DNA of 63,865 nt, counting the filler, from Perkinsus chesapeaki ATCC PRA-425 (lineage: Eukaryota; Protista; Perkinsozoa), in NCBI GenBank assembly GCA_013115145.1. It is 9 parts of 9 records of this genome, joined end to end, with 100 filler letters (N's around TTAATTAATTAA, not from the genome) between each part and the next. Parts side by side here need not be neighbours in the genome. Positions count along the whole stretch, not along the records: positions 5,504 to 10,715 come from JAAPAO010001181.1; positions 10,816 to 27,876 come from JAAPAO010000689.1; 7 more parts are not named here. One strand, written 5' to 3'. The position numbers were made by a program, and so were the translations under genes. The notes beneath the pieces were generated by a model. The model saw nothing but the letters and a program-made list of their open reading frames with translations, searched no databases and was not told the origin of the DNA. Shown piece by piece: positions 9,574 through 21,874 of the stretch (positions within the stretch are counted from its first letter, which is position 1; each line of letters starts with the position of its first letter).

Positions 9574-10662
9574 CTAGGCGATACACGAACAGTGCAAATT
9601 GGTACCAGAGCAGATCGGGGGTGATTCCCAGTACTTGCAGTAGCTACCGGTATAGTGTGAACAACAGAACTGATCGCCGTCATGACAGTCACGAGCGGGA
9701 GAGGTATATGCATCAGTCGATGTGGTAGGTGACATTGTACTAGTCCAGGAGGAGGATCCAGTATTGCTGTGCGCAGTAGTAGTGGATGAAGTTGTAGACT
9801 GAGGAGACGTCTGACCATTGCAAGAACATAAAGTATTGCTATGCGAACAGGTGGAAGGCAATTCCCAATATTTGCAGTAGCTTCCAGGAACCTCTAATGA
9901 GCAAACCTCATCACCTTTGCTGCAATCAAAGGAGCTGGTAGGAATGCTCTTTGTCGTCGATGAAACAGTTGGTGATGTTGTCGACGAAGTTGTGCTTGTT
10001 GTAGTGGTAGATGAATGGTCAGGGTTGGTGGTAGCACTACTACTGGTTGTAGTTGCAGATTTACTAGCTGTTGAAGACGTAGTCGAACAGGAAGGGGTTT
10101 CACGACAAGAACACTCTATATTGGTTCCTGAACACACCGCAGGAAGCGCCCAATATTTACAATAACTTCCGTGGTAGTGGGAGCTGCAGAAATCATCACC
10201 ATCACTGCAGTCGATGGGACCGCATGAGTTGGTCGTCGTGATTATTGTTGTAGATGAACTTGTTGGAGTAGTCGTGATGCTTTTTGCCGTAGTTGTTGAA
10301 CTTGAAGGACTGCGGGTGGTAGCGATAGTCGTAGTTACCGTCCTGGTAGTAGAACTGTGCACCGTAGTGGAAGATGACGATGTCGTTGATCCTGAAGCAT
10401 TACTTGTCGTCAAGGGAGTCGCAGAAGTCTCGGTTGTACTCGTCTCCCCGCACGAACACGGCAAGTTTGTTCCTGAGCAGACTTGTGGGAATTCCCAATA
10501 TTTACAGTAGCTTCCCTCGTGGTGCGATCCACAGAAAGCATCCCCATCACTGCAATCAATCGGTCCACACGAGGCCGTAGTGTGTGTGTGTGTGTGTAAC
10601 TTGAAGGTAACCCGTGACGCTTCAGTGCGTATTACGGGAAATAAAAAAAAAGTGCAAACCAA
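9574..10662 (-). CDS. Ser/Thr-rich mucin-like protein with four Cys-rich GSYCKYW modules (true start uncertain, near contig end)
   Basis: Four copies of DC-x2-GD-x2-C-x5-GSYCKYW-x2-P-x2-CS-x5-CSC separated by S/T linkers. Confidence 0.75.
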   Translation of the reverse strand: MVCTFFLFPVIRTEASRVTFKLHTHTHTTASCGPIDCSDGDAFCGSHHEGSYCKYWEFPQVCSGTNLPCSCGETSTTETSATPLTTSNASGSTTSSSSTTVHSSTTRTVTTTIATTRSPSSSTTTAKSITTTPTSSSTTIITTTNSCGPIDCSDGDDFCSSHYHGSYCKYWALPAVCSGTNIECSCRETPSCSTTSSTASKSATTTSSSATTNPDHSSTTTTSTTSSTTSPTVSSTTKSIPTSSFDCSKGDEVCSLEVPGSYCKYWELPSTCSHSNTLCSCNGQTSPQSTTSSTTTAHSNTGSSSWTSTMSPTTSTDAYTSPARDCHDGDQFCCSHYTGSYCKYWESPPICSGTNLHCSCIA

Positions 10663-10815
10663 ACATCATCACCCATTTAGCCGCACTAGATACCTAGGCT
10701 GCAAACCAGTCGAGTNNNNNNNNNNNNNNNNNNNNNNNNNNNNNNNNNNNNNNNNNNNNTTAATTAATTAANNNNNNNNNNNNNNNNNNNNNNNNNNNNN
10801 NNNNNNNNNNNNNNN

Positions 10816-13800
10816 CACCATACCCCTCCTCCTCCTCTCTATATCCCCTATTCCCCTCACCATACCCCTCCTCCTCCTCTCTATATCCTCTACTCCCCTC
10901 ACCATACCCCTCCTCCTCCTCTCTATATCCCCTATTCCCCTCACCATACCCCTCCTCCTCCTCATCTTCATCACTGATCTCCTGTACCTCGCCATAATAC
11001 AGTCCCTTCTCTCCAACACCGTCACTAGACTCTCCTTCGCTCCGGTAGCTCCTACCGCCGTAAGGATCATCGTATGACATTCTATCTTCCCCATAATACT
11101 CCCGATCGTTCCCGTATTCCTCACCGAGGTCCATCGGAACTTCCCTCAGGTTACGGTCTGGCTCTTCATCCTCCACCAGGGGAGATACCTCCTCAATCCT
11201 TCGAGGCACATCGGCTCCCCTCGATTCCCTCTGCCAGCTGTCCCCAAGGCTCCTACGTGACTGTGATTTCTTCGCCACTGTAGCAGCAACAGTTGGTAGC
11301 TGCGGCAGAGACCAATCCGCCCACTCTCTCTCCCCTCCTCTTTTCGCCGGATAGGTTGATCGTAGTTCACCATCACCCTGCTGCTGCCTATCATCCAAGT
11401 CTTCATCCGCACCGCTTAAGTTGGCATCCGAGGTTATCTTCCCGGCTTCTTTCTGTCGCCTTCTGGCAGTAACTTCACACGAACCTCCGTCTTCCAGGGT
11501 GTCAAGCCTCACTCTGCTGCATCTGCTTGCTAGACATTACCGAACTCTGCAGCAGCTGACTCACCTCAGTCCCATCTCAGGCTCATCGTCGTTCTCGAAT
11601 GATATGGATTGTTGGACTCTGTCATCTACACAACCGCATGATAACCAGGTCAAGTGAATCAGCACTAACCCTGCTCCTTAGTCCTCATCGTATCAGTCCA
11701 CCCTCGGCTCAGCCTGACCACATCTCTCCGACCGCATCGACAAGCCTACGACTAAGCTACTACCTGCTCCCCGTATTCTTCACCATCGGTGATCTGCTCA
11801 GGTATCCGGATGCACCCGTCGCTTCGTTAGTATCACGTACTCCTGAAGCTGCTAGGCGTTCCAGAGACCATCCCCCGACTCCATCACCAGGCGTTGCCCT
11901 CGAGACAACAGGTAGCTGTTTATTAGTGAGCTCGTCCAGCGCCTTCCTCTGTTGCCTTATACGATTTAACTTCTCCGAAAGGGAGTGCATGCGGCTCCCG
12001 GTAGGCGGCGTCGTTGTTGGCATTCTAATCCCCCCACTCTGCCCTCGGCATGGGCCGGTCTCTTGTTGTGTGTGATTGACACTAATTAACAAAACACACT
12101 TGAACAAATAGGACGCAATTATCCTTTTCATAACATCATCATCAACAGACATGCTGCTCACCGCCATAAGACGGCATAAGACCTACTAACTTGACCTAGG
12201 AAGCAGGTCGATGTCCCACGGCTTCATGCCCCTATGAACAGCTGAGCAAATGTCACGGCAAGTAGGGAGCTTCACCGGAGGGTAGTTGGTCCTGCGGGGC
12301 GTGAACACAGCCACTGGTGCCTAATAAAAGCCGACATCTCCTACACCCGACAACTGCTCTGTCCCACTCTAGAAAAGGTCCCTCGAGAGATCGGCGGTGG
12401 CCCTCGCCGATTCACATAAACCGACGCAGGTAGCATGTTGTTGATGGATGGCGTATGGGCGATGGATGCCCTGGCGCTCTGTGGGGGCCGGTCTGGCGAA
12501 GAGGGGAAATCAGGGAGCTTAACCATCTACAGGAGGAGCTCACCTTCCAATCGAGGAGTGACCATTCTGATGCGCGGTGACGATTGTGCCGACATGACAC
12601 TGCGGCTGGTGCTATTAAGAATAGCCGAGTGCTCAGATATCATCCTGTTCATTGCGAACCGGAGCGAGAACGCTGATCGTTCGATATCCCTGAGGACAGC
12701 AACAGCAGTAGCCATCCGCGCATCTTGCCGCACTGTGTAGATTTACCGAATATCTTTAACCATTCCCTCCAGCTTTTCGCGTGTGGTTGTTAGAACTGTG
12801 GTTACCTTGGTGTCCTCTGGCAGTGTAGGGACCACTGTGCAGGGCGAATCCATTGGAGTGTTGTTAACAAGGACCGTCTCCTCACCTGACCATAGCGCGG
12901 TCTGGAGATCAGACTTAGAGATAGCGAGAATTAAGGTATTTACGTTATATGTGAAGATCAGTAAGATATACTCACCATGGAGAGTTTACAAATATTCAAC
13001 ACATATTATTAACATAGTTCTTATAATATTAATCAATTTCCTAGTACTATTAATACCACCTACTTTTCATTCTCTCCACCGCAGTGACTGGCGAGGCCTT
13101 AGGGCTGCTCTTTGGGGCACTTGCCACAGACCTCCCACTTCGTGGTGAAGCCGGAACTTCGGCCACAACAGACTGATCGGAGACGTCACAATCCCTGTCC
13201 CCCACCACCTAGTACTGGTGATGCTCCACTGAGGGCCGGCGTTGACCTTCCCGAATGCCCTCCACTCACGGTTCCGCCACCGCCGCCGCCGCCGCGAAGC
13301 CTCGGGGATATCAGGGAGCCCTCTTCTACACGAGGCTGCCACATAGACAGGCTACTATATGTAAGCGCCTTAACTCAGGCTTACCGATGCTGGTGCGGTC
13401 GCCTGTGGGATGGCTGCAGCTCTCTCCGCCACGGTGGCGGAAGCGCGCTGCTCCGTGAGCCTGACGGCGATCGCCTCAGATCTCGAACAACCCTGCCGTT
13501 CCTACTCAGACTCCACTTGGATAAGCTCGGCTCTTATCTCATCAATCCATCTCTCCATCCTACACACCACCCCTGGAGAGTCCAGCTGCCTCGTAACGCT
13601 CTGTGGCGTCATGGTTGGGGCTGGAGTCTGCCGCAAAGACTGAGACCCTATCGCAGAGGCCGCCTTCCATACTACCGGTCTAGCCTGCTCCTCCTCCTCC
13701 CCAATGCTCACTGATGACATCACTTCCCTCTTTGGTTGATACGTGAACCCTAAGAGACCCTCCCAACAGGAACGAGCTGTCAGCTTCCTACCTGGTACAG

Positions 13801-14174
13801 GGCCTTGCGATCGGCTCGGAGGGGCTGATACGATCGGTACCCCTCGAGTGGTCGGGCGCTTACGGACAGGCGGGGACAGTGCGAGTGGCCTAGGACCTCT
13901 TAAACCTGTGGGAAGTCTACATGCTAGCATCCCCCCTCAGGCCCCTACTGAGCCTCTTCTCTCTAGCAAGCCTGGCCCGCTTAACAGCAGCTTCTATACC
14001 CTTCTTCATCCGGGGGCTCAGCTCAGCAGCATTCTGAGAGGCTCCCAATCCAGAGGAGCCCGAAGATCGCCTACAAAGGAGTATCTTTGAGCTAGAGATG
14101 ATGACACTACTCTCTTCCGGATGCGATGAACTTAGGATTAGGCGAGGCAAACATGTAATAAAGCAAAGGCCCAT
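10816..14174 (-). CDS. Hypothetical multi-exon gene(s); last exon (10816-11512) is acidic and carries a 42-bp repeat encoding EEEEGYGEGNRGYR
   Basis: Chain of minus-strand ORF pieces (13917-14174, 13502-13930, 13067-13342, 12527-12733, 11760-12167, 10816-11512). No recognisable domain; exon structure not resolved. Confidence 0.4.
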
Positions 14175-14953
14175 CCTATATGATAAGTCAGATTAATGCC
14201 CATGAACGGACACCGACCAGAGTCGGGGAGTGGTACAAAGGAAGATGCAATTGGGCAGCGCGATAATTTAATTCCGTCCCTCGAGCATGCGTAGCACTAT
14301 TTACAGGGTACTTCTCAAACTAGGTCACATGATGCTTACACGGCTGTTCAATTTTGCCTGCTTTCATGCTAAAGGTTGTCGGTTCGATCCAAAGCGCCGG
14401 CAGTTAAGCAACTTCAACGAACGCGACGTTAACTGCTTTTCGTGAATGGATTTTCACGGATTTTGCTGTGACCAGTGCGGCGGCGTTCAAAAGATTTGAG
14501 AAATAGATTTTTCCGATTGTGTGAAGAGTACAGCGATGCGCGCTGGTGAGCTTGTTTGAATTTTGAAAGTATCTATTTGAATAACCTTCAGCCTAGGATA
14601 TCCGAAGAAGGATTAGGAGATTACTAGGATAGACATAGAACGAATTCATCTTTGTGAGAATCCTTCAGTTATTGTTTGGACTAAGACGCCGCTTTGTAGA
14701 CCCTTCCTCGACCATTTTAGTAATCCCTCCTCGATAATCAAGTGACGCAGTTCCTTCAAGCCGTTGGAGATGGAAGTGCGCGATAGCGCTGGGAGAGTGC
14801 AAGATTGCAAGATATAGCGAAACTAACCTTGCCCGCCGCCCCTCTGTCTCAGCTCGATAGAGTCATTAAACTATCACGTGTTCTGTATTTGACTATTCTA
14901 TTATGGCATGGTATGTAATAGTTCATTTGATAGTTACCTAATTCCTGCTTCTA

Positions 14954-16782
14954 ATGAGCTCCGACTCAACTTTCTTCGACAAGTACGCTCCCCTTTTCCA
15001 GACTCACGCGACTGGCAAGGTAAACAAGTTCTACTTCGGTCTGCGGCTTTGTGCGCTCAAGGCATCTCCGCTGGTAGGGAGACTACTGACTTGCTTTCAG
15101 GAGCCTGAGTACGAGCTTCTCTCTAAGGAGGGCGTTTCCGTTGTTAAGGGGCCCGATGGACTTGACTTCCTCAAGGTAAGGATATCAACCTCTTTTGCCG
15201 TCGCTTGTTCTTAATACTTGCCTTATAGTGGAATAGAGTATGTGTTATTCAGGTTGAGCCTGAGGCTATCGCCAAGCTCACCCAGACCTGCATCAAGAAT
15301 GTCGAGCATTACTTCCGTAGCGCCCATCTCGAGCAAATCCAGAAGATCCTCAAGGATCCCGAGGCCTCCGCTAACGATCGTTTCGTCGCCATGGAGTTGT
15401 TGAAGAACGCCTGCATCTCCGCCGGCCTTGTTCTTCCCTCTTGCCAGGATACTGGTACCGCCTGTGTCTACGGTTACAGGGGTGAGCGTGTCCTTACTGG
15501 CGGCGTCGATGAGGAAGCCATCACCAAGGGTGTCTATGATGCTTACACTCAGGACAACCTTCGTTACTCCCAGGTTGCTCCTTTGAGCATGTTCGAGGAG
15601 AAGAACACTGGTTGCAACTTGCCTGCCCAGATTGAACTTTACGCTGGTCATCCCGGTGATGAACTTGCCTATAAGTTCCATGTTATCGCCAAGGGAGGCG
15701 GATCTGCTAATAAGTTCCAGCTCTTCCAGAAGACCAAGGCCTTCCTCAAGGAGAAGGAATTCGAGAGCTTCCTCATGAAGGAGATTGCCCACTTCGGTAC
15801 CTCTGCCTGCCCTCCCTATCACATCGCCGTTGTTATTGGCGGTCAGTCTGCTGATCAGACCATGAAGACTGTCAAGTTGGCTTCCACCAAGTACTATGAT
15901 GGTCTCCCGACCAGCGGTGATGAGACCGGTCGTGCCTTCCGTGATCTCTACTGGGAGGAGAGGCTCCTCAAGAACTGTCAGCAGCTCGGTATTGGTGCCC
16001 AATTCGGTGGCAAGTACTTCGCTCATGATGTTCGTGTTGTCCGTCTTCCTCGTCACGGTGCTTCTTGCCCCGTCGGTCTTGGTCTAAGTTGCTCCGCCGA
16101 TCGTCAGTGCCTCGCCAAGATCACTCCCGAGGGTGTCTTCATTGAGAAGCTCGAGAAGAACCCTGCCAAGTACATGCCCGACTTCGGTGGTGACGAGAAC
16201 AAGGCCGTCAAGATTGACCTCAACTTGCCCCAGAAGGAGGTCCTAGCCACTTTGAGCAAGTACCCAGTTAAGACCCCTGTTTCTCTTACTGGTACCATCA
16301 TTGTCGCTCGTGATATCGCCCATGCCCGTATGATGGACATGCTCGAGAGCGGTAAGGGTCTTCCCGACTACATTAAGAAGTACCCTGTGTACTACGCCGG
16401 CCCCGCCAAGAAGCCTGATGGAAAGGCCTCTGGTTCCTTCGGTCCCACCACTTCCAACCGTATGGACCCCTATGTTGAGCCCTTCCAGGCCAACGGTGGC
16501 TCTATGATCATGATCGGTAAGGGTAACCGTAGCGATGTTGTTACCGAGGCTTGCAAGAAGCACGGTGGTTTCTATCTCGGTTCCATTGGTGGTGTTGCCG
16601 CCATCCTTGCTGATGAGAGCATCAAGAATGTCGAGTGTCTCGACATGCAGGAGCTCGGTATGGAGGCTGTTTGGAAGATCGATGTTGTTGACTTCCCTGC
16701 TTTCATCATTGTTGATGATAAGGGTAACGATTTCTTCAAGATGGGCAACGCCAGCGAGCAGAAGATGACTTTCTCTAACTAA
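14954..16782 (+). CDS. Class I (Fe-S) fumarate hydratase, copy A; exons 14954-15019, 15101-15175, 15253-16782
   Basis: [33 protein letters not shown] motifs; two phase-0 GT-AG introns restore the frame. Confidence 0.95.
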
Positions 16783-17583
16783 TAGGCTTGCACTCACAGA
16801 ATTAAGTGAGTTACCGGAATTGGTTTAGTTAGTCTTCGTCTGTTGCCTCCGTACAGCTGGCATACTCGACAGAGATTTCCCGGTTGAACTATTCTTTGAT
16901 TGCTGTAGCCCTCTGCGGCGGGCAATGTGATATATTTACCCATTCATCATCTAGTTGCCAGTAAGGCATTTACTTCATCGTAAAACAACGTTCTAGTACT
17001 CTCGATGTACTTTATCGAGTCGTCTCGTGTTCATCATTAGTGGGGGAAGGGCTACCTCAAATCCTAAGCTCAAGTAGACACCGTGACACAGAAGGTAGAG
17101 CTCCTCGTCCAGGGCCATTATCATCACCGTTAAGCTCCACGAAGTCAAATACTAGAGCTCAAAGCATACGCCATAACCAAGCCACGACCCAAGCACATGA
17201 ACAGCACGAGCATCTATACCTCAACATGGAGGATCTACATTGGAGGTTGAGCAGCAAGCTAATAGGAAAAAATAGAAGTGAACATCATAGCGCCTCCTTT
17301 TACCTTGGCCGATAATACAGCCACGCTAAGAGCGCAGATAGGGGCGCTATTTTAGCTTCAGAGCGAGATTAGCGGTATTTGCAAAGTTTGCTCCATGCTA
17401 CTCATAGTATTGCGCTAAGGTTCCTCAGCGGAATCTAGCGCAGCTACGGGCTAGAACCGGCGTCAACGACACAGCGATGTGTCAACGGTTGAGTAGTGTT
17501 AGCTGTTTCATGGTGTTCACGTATAAGGGGATCTCCAGCAAGGTTTATTGTCAGTAGTTTCTTGTAAACCACCACCCGCAGGC

Positions 17584-19390
17584 ATGAGTCCTCAAGTTCG
17601 ATCAGCCTCCTCTTTTACTTTCGACAAGTACAGTCCGCTGTTCCAGGAACACGCCAATGAGAAGGTGAGCGCTCTTCATTTTAGTGTTAATGGAAATTCA
17701 TTTTAGACCGTCGAGTACGAACTTCTCAGCAAGGAAGGAGTGTCAGTCGCAAAGGGTCCCGATGGATTGGAATTCCTCAAGGTGAGCAAAACGGAGCAAC
17801 TTTGCGGTTGGCCGTATATGTCGGAGATGCGTTTCGTTATGTGATGGTTCCTTCTTTCAGGTCGAACCTGAGACCATCGCCAAGCTCACCCAGACCTGCA
17901 TCAAGAATGTCGAGCATTACTTCCGTAGCGCCCATCTCGAGCAAGTCCAGAAGATCCTCAAGGATCCCGAGGCCTCTGCTAACGATCGTTTCGTCGCCAT
18001 GGAGTTGTTGAAGAACGCCTGCATCTCCGCCGGCCTTGTTCTTCCCTCTTGCCAGGATACTGGTACCGCCTGTGTCTACGGTTACAGGGGTGAGCGTGTC
18101 CTTACTGGCGGTGTCGATGAGGAAGCCATCACCAAGGGTGTCTATGATGCTTACACTCAGGACAACCTTCGTTACTCCCAGGTTGCTCCTTTGAGCATGT
18201 TCGAGGAGAAGAACACTGGTTGCAACTTGCCTGCCCAGATTGAACTTTACGCTGGTCATCCCGGTGATGAACTTGCCTATAAGTTCCATGTTATCGCCAA
18301 GGGAGGCGGATCTGCTAATAAGTTCCAACTCTTCCAGAAGACCAAGGCCTTCCTCAAGGAGAAGGAATTCGAGAGCTTCCTCATGAAGGAGATTGCCCAC
18401 TTCGGTACCTCTGCCTGCCCTCCCTATCACATCGCCGTTGTTATTGGCGGTCAGTCTGCTGATCAGACCATGAAGACTGTCAAGTTGGCTTCTACCAAGT
18501 ACTATGATGGTCTCCCGACCAGCGGTGATGAGACCGGTCGTGCCTTCCGTGATCTCTACTGGGAGGAGAGGCTCCTCAAGAACTGTCAGCAGCTCGGTAT
18601 TGGTGCCCAATTCGGTGGCAAGTACTTCGCTCATGATGTTCGTGTTGTCCGTCTTCCTCGTCACGGTGCTTCTTGCCCCGTCGGTCTTGGTGTTAGTTGT
18701 TCCGCCGATCGTCAGTGCCTCGCCAAGATCACTCCCGAGGGTGTCTTCATTGAGAAGCTCGAGAAGAACCCTGCCAAGTACATGCCCGACTTCGGTGATG
18801 ATGATAACGAGGCCGTCAAGATTGACCTCAACTTGCCCCAGAAGGAGGTCCTAGCCACTTTGAGCAAGTACCCAGTTAAGACTCGTGTTGCTCTCACCGG
18901 TACTATTGTGGTGGCCCGTGATATCGCCCATGCCCGTATGATGGAGATGCTCGAGAGCGGTAAGGGTCTCCCCGACTACATTAAGAAGTACCCTGTGTAC
19001 TACGCCGGCCCCGCCAAGAAACCAGCTGGAAAGCCTTCTGGCGCCTTCGGTCCCACCACTTCCAACCGTATGGACCCCTATGTTGAGCCCTTCCAGGCCA
19101 ACGGTGGCTCTATGATCATGATCGGTAAGGGTAACCGTAGCGACTCCGTCACTGAATCTTGCAAGAAGCACGGTGGTTTCTATCTCGGTTCCACCGGTGG
19201 TGTTGCCGCCCTTCTTGCTGATGAGAGCATCAAGAATGTCGAGTGCATCGATATGGAGGAACTCGGTATGGAGGCTGTCTACAAGATTGACGTTGTTGAC
19301 TTCCCTGCTTTCATCATTGTTGATGATAAGGGTAACGACTTCTTCAAGATGGGCAACGCCAGCGAGCAGAAGATGACTTTCAGCAAGTAA
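17584..19390 (+). CDS. Class I (Fe-S) fumarate hydratase, copy B; exons 17584-17664, 17707-17781, 17861-19390
   Basis: Same motifs and same intron positions as copy A; different N-terminus and intron sequences. Confidence 0.95.
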
Positions 19391-20122
19391 ATGCTGTTGG
19401 TAAATCGGGTTGCTGCTAGTATTGTTCAACAACAAGAATGATGCATCATTGCTCATCGTGAGGTGCGAGTGCTTGTCTAGTGCAGTTATATACAATTTAT
19501 GACATTGCAGTAACGCTTTTTTCAAGTTGTGTCCGTGGGACAGCAATCAGCTGTGGTTTGTGTTACAGATGTAGTTAACGGGAAAAGCATCTCGCCAAGG
19601 GAAAATATGCTCACTCTTTACAGTCGGTCGACGCCAACGAGCATAGTCACTTCATACAGCTTGCAAGACATTTCCTGAGAGTGACGTGCAGATGGCTGTC
19701 CGCCACCTGAAGCGATTGCTTTTCTATATGGCGCATTTATGGATCTCCTGTACGGACCCCTTTTAATCTCCTGCGAGTGCGTTCTGCCTCCTAAGCCGTC
19801 TACGTATAGTGAGCACTGTCCAGTAAGCACCGTTCACGTTGCAAGCCAGTGTCTTTGAAAGGCGACAAATTGACGAACATTCCAGTCAACGTTAGACTTC
19901 TTGCAACTCTATTCAGTATTCTACTTCGCCACAGACAGGGGTGAACCCGCCGAGCATTCTACTTCGCCATAGACACGGTAAACCCGCTGGGTTCCAAATC
20001 GACCAAGCTTGACCTCCACTATTCAAACGAAACTAAGAATTGATTAGGAAACTCAGTGAACTGAAAGTAGTATAATTCAAGGTATGAGGCACGGCCTTGG
20101 ATCTTGGACCAGGAAGCCTCCC

Positions 20123-21485
20123 TTATGGAGACCACTGCTCGGCGTCTGTCCAGTCCTTTCCAACATAAGCTTTCACCCAGGTAGGTTTAGACGTTTCCAA
20201 GTCCTTGCGATCAACCAGTAGAGCATCGAGTGACTTATCTAGCTCGTCGCCCATATGCTCCTGAATCCTTTGGCCGATCACAACCAGCTTGTCGACCTTG
20301 CTAGCCATCTCTGAGGGGCAGTCCGTCTCAACCAATTGGAATGACTTCTCGACACCCTGCAGTAGATATCTCTTGCCGTCGCCAGAGATGAGCATCCCTT
20401 TAACTCGAAAGACTCTATTGTTGTTAACAAAGTCTTGCAGCCATGAACGGAACTTTTCAACGTCCATGGCTACACCTTTTGAAGCTGGATAAGGTCCGCT
20501 CACTGCGCAGCTGCATACACCGTCTCTCCATGGCTTATGCTGAGGCACGTCGTTGAGGTCTCCAGGACTTGTATAAGTGCCGCCTTGCGATCGGAGAACC
20601 TCCTCCATGGGGATGTCCGAGTGAACGGTTTGCACTATATTGCAAACGGGGTTGATCGACCGAATAGTCTCTTCAATCTGCTTCACAGTCTCCTTGTTTA
20701 CTAGATCACACTTGTTCACAACAACGAGATCGGCGAACACCAACTGTTGTATGAGCTCAGAACTCCTCGGATCAGTCACCCGTTGGTATTGCTCGGTGAA
20801 GTTGGAGGCGTCTACCAGGGTGATAACCTTACGGAGAACGATGCCCTCTGGAGGCTGGGCCACGAGCCCTTGAACAACAGGACCAGGAGTAGCCAGTCCG
20901 GTCGTCTCTAGAATAATCTGACACAATGATGAATGGCAGCACCAAGGCGTTTTAACCAGAAGAGATTCACGTAAATGAGCTATGTGTGCGCAACGAGTGC
21001 GCTATGTGTGCGCTATGTGACAACTGCCCTCCTACGTACTCCATTGACAGGATCATCCGGAGGAGCTTCGAGAGCTTTCCTGCCGAGTCCCTCGAGCTTC
21101 GACATAAGATCATTCCGCAGACTGCAACAAAGGCATCCGCCACCGAGCTCGTAAACGGTGGAGCAATCTCCGCTGCTTCCAGTTGCGTAATCGTCTGGAA
21201 GCTCACTGAGGTGAGAGAAAGGCATTCAGACCGTTTGGTAGCGCTAAACCGTTTAGCCTAAACGTTGTGGAGGCCATAAACAGGCACACCATCCTTCGGT
21301 GACCATCGACTGATGCTTATGACTAAGCACACTTACCTCACGCTTATACCGCCTATTTCGTTGTTGAGCACGAAGAATCGGCCCTTGTTCTCTCTCAACA
21401 TACGCGAGACCAACGTGGTCTTGCCAGAACCGAGGAAACCAGTAAGGATCCACAGGGGTGTCGACTTCGGAGCTTTTGCGGACAT
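20123..21485 (-). CDS. CobW/COG0523 (ZNG1/CBWD-like) metallochaperone GTPase, multi-exon
   Basis: ATG 21485 [24 protein letters not shown] (Walker A), [25 protein letters not shown]-terminal FRVKG. Confidence 0.9.
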
Positions 21486-21874
21486 TATAGGTGAAACAAA
21501 ATCAACTTATCATCAAAACCAATCAAATCACTGCCGAAGCGGAAGACTCCATGCCGCGCTTATCAGCTCGAAGAAGCTCTGCGCATGCGTGCAACCATCA
21601 CAATATCACAGGAATCTACTATCATTCAAATGATAACATTCTATGTTATGGGAACGAGATTGAGACAGAGCGGGAGTTGAGTTAATAATACTGGTAACGC
21701 AGCATAAAGTAGATAGATCACGGATAGGAATCACATCCGCAGTTTTGCATCATGGTGAAGCATGGCTGATATCGAGGATCGAATTGAGCAGTCTCGCCTT
21801 CTGCTCTAAGAGCCAGCTGTTGAATCCCTTCGAGGACTCCTGGTATCGGTCAACTAACTCCTTCTCTGTTACGC

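Noticed and set aside
15223-16797. Long antisense ORFs over both fumarases (also 17837-18664, 18851-19546)
   Set aside because: Shadows of strong C/T-ending codon bias; they track the duplication and show no domain.
19390-21485. Functional clustering of the CobW metallochaperone with the Fe-S fumarases
   Set aside because: Convergent orientation and no sequence evidence of linkage; ZNG1-type proteins are generally zinc chaperones.
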